Shown: positions 18,063-25,976 of the stretch, in pieces
How the letters are laid out: the number at the start of each line of letters is the position of its first letter
Position numbering within the stretch: the stretch's first letter is position 1
Assembly: GCA_964440045.1 (NCBI GenBank)
Contig: CAYTQR010000003.1
Coordinates: 1-32,761, forward strand
DNA length: 32,761 bases
Reading direction: 5' to 3'
DNA from: an uncultured Planctomycetaceae bacterium
GTDB taxonomy: Bacteria; Planctomycetota; Phycisphaerae; Sedimentisphaerales; UBA12454
Program-made: the position numbers and the translations under genes
The notes under the pieces: model-generated
The model's input: the letters and a program-made list of their open reading frames with translations, nothing else
Database searches by the model: none
What the model was told of the DNA's origin: nothing

Positions 18063-18233
18063 TTATTTTTTGCTGAAACCATTATATACTTGAACAAATT
18101 TGTTCATTGGCGAGTTTTCAGTCGTGATAACCGGCAATCCGGAAGCGATCACCTCCGGCGCACACAATCGGCAAAACTATGCCCATTCTCCTTGAGATAT
18201 CGCGTCAGAGCGTGCGAAGCCTCGACAATATTC
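18063..18233 (-). pseudogene. Remnant of a GT-B (GT4-type) glycosyltransferase C-terminal core, with an internal TAG
   Basis: A minus-strand frame offset from the 161-aa ORF reads EYCRGFARSDAISQGEWA*FCRLCAPEVIASGLPVITTENSPMNKFVQVYNGFSKK*. The segment E-V-I-A-S-G-L-P-V-I-T-T...N-G-F resembles the EAMA-x-G-x-PVI-x-T....NG-x-L core of GT4 enzymes. It is short and decayed, and it overlaps the 3' end of the ORF at 18149..18634. Confidence 0.3.
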
Positions 18234-18634
18234 TCAAGGCCATTGATTCTGTTGTAACCGACTCTTATGCCAATAATCATCAGAAAGCGATTCCATGCCC
18301 GCCAGGCAGCATCAAAAACTTTGTCCTTACCAAACAATTTAGCATATTCAGTCAGAGCAACAAGGCCAACAAGTTCTGGAGCTGTGGACTGCCCTTTTTT
18401 ATGTAATCGGCCAAAATTGAAATCATATCCATTGTCGAAACCGCCATCAGGACGTTGGATTTTCAATAAAATACCTAAAATTTTATCAGCTCGTTCCTTC
18501 CTCTTATTTTTGCTGGTAGCTTCCCACATCCGCATACAACCCAGTAGTGATTCATATATAGTCTGACTACAATACCGAACATAAGGTCGACGAAGAAGAG
18601 TTTTATATGCGATAGTTTGTAAAAATTTCTTCAT
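18149..18634 (-). CDS. Short alpha/alpha-toroid-repeat protein, probably a truncated paralogue-like fragment of the 20030..21409 type
   Basis: 161 aa. LLKIQRPDGGFDNGYDFNFG....STAPELVGLVALTEYAKLFGKDKVFDAAWRAWN has the Q-x-x-DGGF repeat plus the helix-pair pattern seen in (alpha/alpha)6 barrels. It is far shorter than a complete barrel. Confidence 0.4.
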   Translation of the reverse strand: MKKFLQTIAYKTLLRRPYVRYCSQTIYESLLGCMRMWEATSKNKRKERADKILGILLKIQRPDGGFDNGYDFNFGRLHKKGQSTAPELVGLVALTEYAKLFGKDKVFDAAWRAWNRFLMIIGIRVGYNRINGLENIVEASHALTRYLKENGHSFADCVRRR

Positions 18635-18755
18635 AAAACTTTAAACCTACCTAAATTTGGCACTGGCCGCCACTGATAATAACTACAAATGGTCCTGTCA
18701 TTACATCGTCTTCAAGCACAATGCCTCCCGTCGTGTCCAATATAAGTATTATGCT

Positions 18756-20033
18756 TTACTCGTTAGAATAGAGTAACATCTGCTCCACAAATCTTCGCCA
18801 ACTAAAACGTTGCTTAGTATCTTCTACAGCATTATTCGACATGGTTTGATATCTGGAATCCGACATATCCAGTATACTATTAATACCTGCGGCTAATGCT
18901 TGAGGGCTGACTTTCTGTACAACACGTCCGGTTCTGCCATCCTGTACAATTTCATCAGTTGCAGTAAGTACTTTTCGGCCATCAGCGGCAAATCCCACAA
19001 CAGGAGTACCACATGCCATTGACTCCAGATAAATTTGACCGAACGATTCTATAGTTGTTGGAACAACACACACCTTAGCCATTGTGTAAAAGCCCGGCAA
19101 CAGCTCATTCTGATTACCAACAAAAAGGACTCGTTCACTAACGCCATGCCTCGACGCATAATTCTGCAAATAAGCCTTTTCTTGTCCATCTCCGACTATA
19201 ACCAACCGCGAGTACAACTTTAAATAACGAAGAGCATCAATCAAAATCGGAACATTCTTGGCTACCGAAAGTCTCCCAACACAAACAACAAACCGTTCAT
19301 TTTCCTGTAAACCGTATTTTTTCTGTATCTTTGTAAACTGCTGTTGACCAACTGCTGCTGAAAAACGGTTGATATCAACTCCAGGATAGATAATACGGGT
19401 TTTTCCCGCTATTTTGCCGTAAGTTTTTAGCAACTGCCCATACATATTTTTACTAAAGCAAATAGGATAACAAGAACTAATGAGTTCACGTTCAATATGC
19501 TTGGCCATTCTGTAAGCCGAAGGATACAATGCCAACTTCAATAACTTTCGGCCGACACTTAATCCAGTCGTGTTAAGGTATAGCCCCCGGCAATCCATAT
19601 ATGCGGTCGTTGGAAATATGTTAAAAAGCTTGCCATTATAACCGCTTCTAACGATAGCCAGCCCCATATTAGTACTACGGCACCAAATCACATCTGGAAG
19701 AAATTGATGTAATACTGGCTTGATCCCCTCACTTACCTGTTTTACCAATAGCACAACTCCACCTCCATGTAATCTTCCATATCCTATGATTGGCAAGCGA
19801 GGTAAATACCCTATGACGGGAAAACGGCGTGCACGTTCTAATTTACAGCGAATTATTTCAATCCCCTCAAAGATTATTCGTGAAGGTTGGTTTTGATCAC
19901 GTAAGATACAAAAAATCTTGACATCATGCCCTTTTTGATACAGTTCGGAGGCAATATGGCGAATAGAGTTTTCCACTCCTCCAATAGTTTGAGGGTAATG
20001 TGAATAGCTAACTAATAATATCTTCATGGTCAC
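18756..20033 (-). CDS. GT-B glycosyltransferase, family 4
   Basis: The N-terminus reads MKILLVSYSHYPQTIGGVENSIRHIASELYQKGHDV. The C-domain reads FVVCVGRLSVAKNV...VLFVGNQ...VCVVPTTIESFGQIYLESMACGTPVVG (EX7E). It has an ATGA overlap with the upstream gene. Confidence 0.85.
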   Translation of the reverse strand: MTMKILLVSYSHYPQTIGGVENSIRHIASELYQKGHDVKIFCILRDQNQPSRIIFEGIEIIRCKLERARRFPVIGYLPRLPIIGYGRLHGGGVVLLVKQVSEGIKPVLHQFLPDVIWCRSTNMGLAIVRSGYNGKLFNIFPTTAYMDCRGLYLNTTGLSVGRKLLKLALYPSAYRMAKHIERELISSCYPICFSKNMYGQLLKTYGKIAGKTRIIYPGVDINRFSAAVGQQQFTKIQKKYGLQENERFVVCVGRLSVAKNVPILIDALRYLKLYSRLVIVGDGQEKAYLQNYASRHGVSERVLFVGNQNELLPGFYTMAKVCVVPTTIESFGQIYLESMACGTPVVGFAADGRKVLTATDEIVQDGRTGRVVQKVSPQALAAGINSILDMSDSRYQTMSNNAVEDTKQRFSWRRFVEQMLLYSNE

Positions 20034-21409
20034 ATAACCCTTCTGATTATATTCTTACACCATGTAGGCAATATTGGGTAGACAGGAATAAAAAATTTTA
20101 TTAATTGTTCTACAGACACATAAAGAAATGCGAAGTTCATCTTTTTTATCGTGAAGTATAAAATAACGCTTCTTATAGGCCTAATACCTAAAACCAAAAC
20201 AGATCGTTTACTTTCCATATAAAAATAATTTCTTGTAACTAAATATGTCGTCTTGAAATCAGCGGGCTTATACAAAAAATCAACTTGAACCATTCTTGTT
20301 AAAAATTCAAACATGTGCGCATTCCAACCCATAACAGGCACTATATCCTCCCATATTTCATCTCTTTTCCTTTCGTCACTTTTATTGCGATACTCTATGA
20401 AGTTGGAAAAACCCCCGTTAGGGAGTTGGTTTTTTAGCACAGCATTTAACGTATCTTCGCAGTTAAACTTTTCACCAGTTAATTTCCCCGCACTGTCTAA
20501 AGCGTTAAAAATAATCCCGGCACCAGCTATAAATTGCGAATATCTTTGTAATTTTCCACCGCGGATACCATGATAAAAAAACGCAGTTTCAGGATCTCTT
20601 AAATTAATTAAATGATTAGCCGCCTTACTAATCATTTTTAAATATCTCTGGTCTTTTGTTAAACAGAACAAACAATCAAGACCCCGCATCGCAAGGGCGG
20701 TATAGATTGAGATCAAAACTCCGGGTTGAACTTGTGAATAATTAATTCCCCCATCTTGCAAATCGGTTGAATCGATTTGCTCTGTCAACATCCATTCACC
20801 AACCCGAAGAGCGTAGTCTTTATACTGTTCTTCACTTATCAGATTTGATAGTTTAATGAGACTTTCGACTGCGACACTATTCATATTCACAACAAATCTG
20901 ATTACATCCGGTGTGTAATAGTCAATTTCACTGAATTTAAATGCGCCAAAGTTCTTATCCCATAAGGTTCCAATTATATATCGGTCGATATTTTCTCTGG
21001 CAACTTTCAAGTATTTCCGAGCTTTTTCATTATTACCTTCCTTCATGAGAACTTTTGCCAAATCCAATAAAGCACAATTCGCCAACGAATTGTGGACTAA
21101 CGAGCTAAATCTATCATCTTCAAAACCAGCATAAATATATTTTCCAGTTTTATGAAGCCTTTTACATTGTAAATCCGCAGCTTGAATTGCTTCTTGAAAC
21201 CATTTGGTATCTTTCGTTTTCTCATATAAATTCAGATAACCATTAATTATTGGTCCCTGCGACCATGGCGTATCATGGATTTTAAACATACGTTTTAAAT
21301 CCCATCTATGAACCACATAGCCATTGTACGCACCCTTTTTCGTTTTCCATGTTTTAAGCCAGGAAATTTGCTTCGAAAGCGCTTCCGATATTTGTTTATC
21401 CGTCATCAC
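20030..21409 (-). CDS. Predicted (alpha/alpha)6-toroid protein (AGE / glucuronyl C5-epimerase / lyase-like fold); function unknown
   Basis: 459 aa. TPWSQGPIINGYLNLYEKTKDTKWFQEAIQAA resembles the W-x-S-x-x-QG...Y..T.D..Y/W...A helix-pair motif of C5-epimerase / AGE-type barrels. DLQDGGINYS and NQLPNGGFSNF are Q-x-x-x-GGF-type repeats. The fold call is by eye only. Confidence 0.45.
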   Translation of the reverse strand: MMTDKQISEALSKQISWLKTWKTKKGAYNGYVVHRWDLKRMFKIHDTPWSQGPIINGYLNLYEKTKDTKWFQEAIQAADLQCKRLHKTGKYIYAGFEDDRFSSLVHNSLANCALLDLAKVLMKEGNNEKARKYLKVARENIDRYIIGTLWDKNFGAFKFSEIDYYTPDVIRFVVNMNSVAVESLIKLSNLISEEQYKDYALRVGEWMLTEQIDSTDLQDGGINYSQVQPGVLISIYTALAMRGLDCLFCLTKDQRYLKMISKAANHLINLRDPETAFFYHGIRGGKLQRYSQFIAGAGIIFNALDSAGKLTGEKFNCEDTLNAVLKNQLPNGGFSNFIEYRNKSDERKRDEIWEDIVPVMGWNAHMFEFLTRMVQVDFLYKPADFKTTYLVTRNYFYMESKRSVLVLGIRPIRSVILYFTIKKMNFAFLYVSVEQLIKFFIPVYPILPTWCKNIIRRVM

Positions 21410-21451
21410 AAGTCCTCAATTTCTATTGCTTTGTGTTAAAAAAACGATTGA

Positions 21452-22885
21452 TTATAATTTATTAGCGTCTCGCCCTAACAACGTTCTTAATTTGGGGTGC
21501 AATTTTAAGAATTTATTAATTATTTTGAAAATATGATATTTCGGGTTGATATCAAATTTGTAAATAAATCCGCCCAACACTTCCATTAATCGAGGATGTG
21601 GGATTAAGAATTTTCGAATTATTGTCTTTCTGACAAGCATTACCATTTTTATCCGTAGTATGGCATTTATCTTGTTTGTTTTAGATACTTTAGAATTCTT
21701 GATATCCCAATCTGGCACATCAACTCTATTTTTAATAAGATATTGTATTACCGACAATGTTTTATGGCGTTTTTCTTTTACCATAAAAGGTATTATGCCT
21801 TTAGAAAAAGCTGATTCCTCGTCTACAGGATAATAATCTATATATCCATTTATTTTGGCAGATTCTATTAATTGATTTCCTTGTTCTGTTCTTGATATAA
21901 TAAAATTATTATTTCTAAACGTATCGGCACTATCGCCCAAACTAATATCTGCCAATTGAGATAAGCCATCAATGCAAAGAAAACATCTGAATAAAGCATA
22001 GTTTGCAATATCAATATTATTTTGTTTTTGATACGGTAAACTAATAATTTTTCCGGTTTTTGTCTTAACAGAAAAGAACCCAGGGTAAGAATCCCCTTCA
22101 CGCCAGCCCAGGAAAGTGTCTATGTCTTCTATTTTCAATTTCATCCTTTTTGTTAAAGTATTCACACAATCATAAGAGTAGCTATAGCCACAAAAAAGAC
22201 CTATCTTGAAAACAATTTTATTTAATAGTTTAGCATATTTTTTTTGAGCCAAATATAATCCCTCTAAATGGCACGGCAATCCAACCACACCATATCTATA
22301 ATCTGAATCCAGCATTTCCCTTATCGCTGTATTTAAAGGAACCTGAACATATTTTGATTGCATAGATGCTAAAACATCTTCTATGGAACTGACAATTTTC
22401 ACTGATGGCTTTGCTATTTCATTTGTCTCATTTACTACAATTATTACTTTATCTACAATTTTCTTATCTAAAGCATATATCAACAAAGAAGTAGCGATAC
22501 CTCCCGATGCAGATTTGTCTCTGATAAACTCATCTTTTGAATGCCCCACCAGAAATTGCTTATAATTCCCAATATTTACACAATATTTCTGCAGAGGCGT
22601 TTTTAACTGCTTGGTAATCGTATCAAGCGGAACGCCCTTTCCCGGACAAACATCGATGCAAAAGCCGCATTTTGTACATTTATTCTCATCCTGCCATTCA
22701 GGATAATAATTATGGCCTCTGAAATTTATTGCTTTATGAGGGCACACTCCAACGCAGGTCCCACAGCCTGAACAGAGCTGTTTTTTTATTACGTTTTCAT
22801 AAAGCCAATAAAAATTATTTGAGCTATTCTTCATTTTATTTTTATCACTGTTTATTTTCGATATCATCCTTGCGATATATTGCAA
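21452..22885 (-). CDS. FrhB-like (coenzyme F420 hydrogenase/dehydrogenase beta-subunit family) flavoprotein with an N-terminal 2x[4Fe-4S] ferredoxin domain
   Basis: Two ferredoxin-type Cys clusters are present: CSGCGTCVGVCPHKAI and CTKCGFCIDVCPGKG. An FrhB-like body follows (SASGGIATSLLIYAL, VGLPCHLEGL). The track start is TTG 22885. An alternative ATG at 22867 gives MISKINS.... Confidence 0.75.
   Translation of the reverse strand: MQYIARMISKINSDKNKMKNSSNNFYWLYENVIKKQLCSGCGTCVGVCPHKAINFRGHNYYPEWQDENKCTKCGFCIDVCPGKGVPLDTITKQLKTPLQKYCVNIGNYKQFLVGHSKDEFIRDKSASGGIATSLLIYALDKKIVDKVIIVVNETNEIAKPSVKIVSSIEDVLASMQSKYVQVPLNTAIREMLDSDYRYGVVGLPCHLEGLYLAQKKYAKLLNKIVFKIGLFCGYSYSYDCVNTLTKRMKLKIEDIDTFLGWREGDSYPGFFSVKTKTGKIISLPYQKQNNIDIANYALFRCFLCIDGLSQLADISLGDSADTFRNNNFIISRTEQGNQLIESAKINGYIDYYPVDEESAFSKGIIPFMVKEKRHKTLSVIQYLIKNRVDVPDWDIKNSKVSKTNKINAILRIKMVMLVRKTIIRKFLIPHPRLMEVLGGFIYKFDINPKYHIFKIINKFLKLHPKLRTLLGRDANKL
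22870..22885. promoter_or_regulatory. 16-bp imperfect palindrome TTGCGATATATTGCAA (14/16 symmetric) in the divergent FrhB-like / wzx control region
   Basis: Read directly from the sequence. It lies just upstream of the ATG-22867 start option of the FrhB-like gene. It is a possible operator, but there is no independent support. Confidence 0.2.
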
Positions 22886-22909
22886 GACTTTTTCTTAAAC
22901 AATTTTCGC

Positions 22910-22937
22910 TTGACAAATAGCACTTAAAATATAGAAT
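22910..22937 (+). promoter_or_regulatory. Sigma-70-like promoter candidate for wzx: TTGACA - 16 nt - TAGAAT
   Basis: A perfect -35 (22910..22915) and a 5/6 -10 (22932..22937) are present. The -10 ends only 3 nt before the first ATG (22941). The real wzx start may therefore be the second ATG at 22962 (MSKSLKK...). Confidence 0.35.
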
Positions 22938-22940
22938 CCA

Positions 22941-24416
22941 ATGTTTTTAAGCCAGAAAGTTATGTCAAAATCTTTAAAGAAAACTGCAATTACAGGAGCC
23001 ATATGGGTAGCAATCACTTCTGCTATTGCTCTTCCTCTGGGATATTATAGAAACTGGATTTACAGTCAGATCGGTGTCCCAGGGGAAGTAATTGGCAATT
23101 ACGCGTTAATAATGCTTCTCACAAACATTATTGTTACATTTGTAATGTTCGGGGGAGTAACCTCCGTAACAAATTTTCTGCCAAAAATACAAGAAGATTC
23201 CAAAAAAGCATCTTTTCTTCTTTCGTATGCTTCTATATCAATATTAAGTATTTTTTGTTTTGCACTAATAATTATCATCTTTCCCCAAAGCCTCTCTTTT
23301 TTAATAAACCAATCAGTCACAAAATCGCAGGCTCTGTCATTATTGCTTCTGATTCCGATTATTTTATTCAGCAAGGTTGTTACTTTTGCACTCGCTGGAC
23401 TTATGCAATTCAGACTTTCCGCTGTTCTCGCACAGTTGCAACTTCTAATTATCTCAACATTGGGAACTGTCGCGTTCTTCGCATTTCCAGTGTTTATGTC
23501 GCAAAAATCTTTCATGATATTCCTTGCAGCTGTTGCTTTAGCTAATTCGTTAATAGTTTTAATTGGCGGTATAAAAATCATTAAAAAAATCTCCTTACCA
23601 AAAGGTTTTTATCTGCCTCCAAACTTTTGGAAATTTACAACATTAGTGCACATTCAAACAATATGCGTATTCGCATACATGCAGCTTGATCAGCTATTGG
23701 TTGCTTCGCTTCAAGGTTTAAGAGAACTTGGGGCATATTTTGTGATAACACAATGTGCAATGTTAATTACATTTGTTCCACAAAGAATTAGCCAGGTAAT
23801 GCTCGCTTCATTTTCTAAACTCATAAGTTTAGAAAACCAAAACCTTTTAATTTCTGCATATAAAAAAGTATGCAGATTGGTAATTATGTCTGGTACTATT
23901 ATCGCTCTCGGTTTAATAATATTCAGTTTACAGATTTCACAAACATTCGGCAGTTGGTTTGCTGAAAGGCATTTGTACTTAGTTTTCTTGTCACTATTAA
24001 CCAATATAGGCTGTATAGGAAATGTAAATGCAATGCTTATAATCGGCAAAGAAAAAATGGGACCTTTTTTAATAAATAGTATCATTTTAATATTAATACA
24101 ATTAATTGTAACAGTTATTCTCCTTAAACCTTTAGGGATTTACGGAATAATCGTTGGCAAATTAACCGGAATGTGTGTAGGACAAACAGGTTTATTCATA
24201 ATTATACACTTCAAATTGAAAGAATTGAAACTTTATCCTCCAAAAGAATATTGGATTAGTCAATTTATTGTGATCATTTCAGTTTTGGCGACATGGTATT
24301 CAAATGGCATTAAACTATATTATGCTATACCGGCCTACATAATTTTGTCCTTATCTTTCTTGTTAGCTATAAAATTTAAGCCCTCAGAGGTTCTATCTCT
24401 GTTTCGTAACAGGTAA
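22941..24416 (+). CDS. wzx: Wzx-type oligosaccharide flippase (MOP superfamily, polysaccharide biosynthesis protein family)
   Basis: 491 aa, about 12-14 hydrophobic helices over the whole length, with a basic N-terminus (KSLKKTAITGAIWVAITSAI). It sits in a glycan locus next to a Wzy-family gene. It is extremely AT-rich (one hand-counted line gave 22% GC). Confidence 0.75.
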   Translation: MFLSQKVMSKSLKKTAITGAIWVAITSAIALPLGYYRNWIYSQIGVPGEVIGNYALIMLLTNIIVTFVMFGGVTSVTNFLPKIQEDSKKASFLLSYASISILSIFCFALIIIIFPQSLSFLINQSVTKSQALSLLLLIPIILFSKVVTFALAGLMQFRLSAVLAQLQLLIISTLGTVAFFAFPVFMSQKSFMIFLAAVALANSLIVLIGGIKIIKKISLPKGFYLPPNFWKFTTLVHIQTICVFAYMQLDQLLVASLQGLRELGAYFVITQCAMLITFVPQRISQVMLASFSKLISLENQNLLISAYKKVCRLVIMSGTIIALGLIIFSLQISQTFGSWFAERHLYLVFLSLLTNIGCIGNVNAMLIIGKEKMGPFLINSIILILIQLIVTVILLKPLGIYGIIVGKLTGMCVGQTGLFIIIHFKLKELKLYPPKEYWISQFIVIISVLATWYSNGIKLYYAIPAYIILSLSFLLAIKFKPSEVLSLFRNR

Positions 24417-24532
24417 AATACCAATATCATGTTTTGTTTGAACAGCTTGACTGTTTAAAAGCCCTAATAAGAAAGCTATATCAACGATATATTTGCACCT
24501 GCACCGACTAAAAAAGTCTGCGGTTAATACCA

Positions 24533-25930
24533 TCAAACCTTTTGCATTTCTTCTACATCTTCATAATAGTAGAGAGGCTGATCTATTTCGTCAAGAGTAT
24601 CTCTTGACATGCCGCACAGTAATCCCATAAACGCCGCAAAAAGGGCACCGTATTTTATGCCCCAGAAGAAATCTCCCGTTACCTCAAAAACAGCGTGGTT
24701 GACCAGAACCATAGTAGTGCCCAGCATAATGGCTTTTTTATGAGGATTCAGCTCATGAAAAAATGCCCTTATACCACGCATGAGCAAGCAGAACAGCATC
24801 AAAAGGTATATCAACAAGCCAAAGATTCCAAGCCGGATAAGCATAAATACATAGCCGTTATCCACCGTTGCAACAAGGGACTTGGTAGGGCCCATCCCCC
24901 AGAAAAGAGAGTCTTTGGCCATCCTCAGATTGTCAATCCACATTCCCAGCCTTGTTTCATAACCTTCCCTTAAAGACGTCTCCTGTCCGGTCAAAATGTC
25001 CCGAATTCTCTGATGCAGTGGAAGCGCATAAGCATGCTCACGAACAAACATAATTGCTCCGACAATAACTATCATAGCTAAAAAAGCCGGAAAACGTGAA
25101 CCCCGACGCAAGGACAATACCAAGGAGATGCCCGATACTGTTAAATAACCGAACAGTGCCGTCCGAGACGCGGTAGTTATCAAAATAGCAGCACCGAGGC
25201 CGATAAAAACCGCAAGTGAAAAGTACCTCGTCAACCCTTTAATGTTGATTGTGAACGCCAGAATTAATGCGGACAGCATTGCAAGGCTTCCACCGAAGTG
25301 GTTAGAATTACCGAAGGTCCCCACTACTCTTGTCCCTATTCCGATTCCTTCAAGCCGGGTCCATTCTATTCCGTAAAAACGCTCCACAAACCCCGACACA
25401 TACCAAGATATAAACCTTTGCATAAACGCCAGTATGACTGACATTAACGAAATAATTAGCACACCTTTTGCAAATTGTTTGATTTGCTTTTCACCAAAGT
25501 TAAACGAAGCCATAATAGCAGCTATTAATATCATCCGAATAAAAGATGTAGGAGTCCACAGGTCCTTAATGAGAACCGGATTACGACCGGTGGCATAATT
25601 TATTACCATTGAAAAACACATAATAAATATCAGGGCCAGCATAGAAACAGAATATGGTCGAGTGCGAGGTGAAAACAAAAAGCCCCCGTAGAGACGTAGG
25701 GCCTTCAGCCACCTGGTCGCTAACAAAAACACGATTAAAAAGTCCGCAAAGCGAATGGGTGGAAGCACAGCAAACGCTCTTGTTTGAGGCCCAAAAATAA
25801 TCGCGAACACTAAAAAAGCAGCCCACCAACCGTCATTTCTACCCTCGCTTTCGGAATAATCAGTAGTGAAATACTGTTCATTCTCAGGCATATCTTCTGT
25901 CATATAATCCGAATTAACTGATTCAGCCAT
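24533..25930 (-). CDS. O-antigen ligase / polymerase family (Wzy_C-type) polytopic membrane protein; most likely the repeat-unit polymerase
   Basis: 465 aa, many TM helices. The TTASRTALFGYL motif precedes the large loop typical of the Wzy_C / WaaL family. Context with wzx supports the call. A ligase role cannot be excluded. Confidence 0.65.
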   Translation of the reverse strand: MAESVNSDYMTEDMPENEQYFTTDYSESEGRNDGWWAAFLVFAIIFGPQTRAFAVLPPIRFADFLIVFLLATRWLKALRLYGGFLFSPRTRPYSVSMLALIFIMCFSMVINYATGRNPVLIKDLWTPTSFIRMILIAAIMASFNFGEKQIKQFAKGVLIISLMSVILAFMQRFISWYVSGFVERFYGIEWTRLEGIGIGTRVVGTFGNSNHFGGSLAMLSALILAFTINIKGLTRYFSLAVFIGLGAAILITTASRTALFGYLTVSGISLVLSLRRGSRFPAFLAMIVIVGAIMFVREHAYALPLHQRIRDILTGQETSLREGYETRLGMWIDNLRMAKDSLFWGMGPTKSLVATVDNGYVFMLIRLGIFGLLIYLLMLFCLLMRGIRAFFHELNPHKKAIMLGTTMVLVNHAVFEVTGDFFWGIKYGALFAAFMGLLCGMSRDTLDEIDQPLYYYEDVEEMQKV

Positions 25931-25976
25931 ACCTAATTCCTTTTACGGCAGTCATTCGACCAATGTGGGCATATTA

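Noticed and set aside
18656-18755. A possible hexapeptide-repeat acetyltransferase remnant could be listed as a separate annotated pseudogene.
   Set aside because: It spans only about 33 codons, with a weak [LIV]-G-x4-like periodicity. That is too short to list as a feature, so it is mentioned only inside the fragment-patch finding.
20030-21409. LanC-like lanthionine cyclase, or terpene cyclase/prenyltransferase, reading of the toroid protein.
   Set aside because: I see no GxAHG, WCxG or CHG zinc-ligand motifs of LanC, and no DxDD/DDxxD terpene cyclase motifs. The context is purely glycan biosynthesis.
24417-24532. I looked for a bidirectional terminator in the convergent wzx / wzy-type intergenic region.
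   Set aside because: Only 4-5-bp stems are present (for example AACAG-CTTGA-CTGTT), with no adjoining T-tract. That is not strong enough to annotate.
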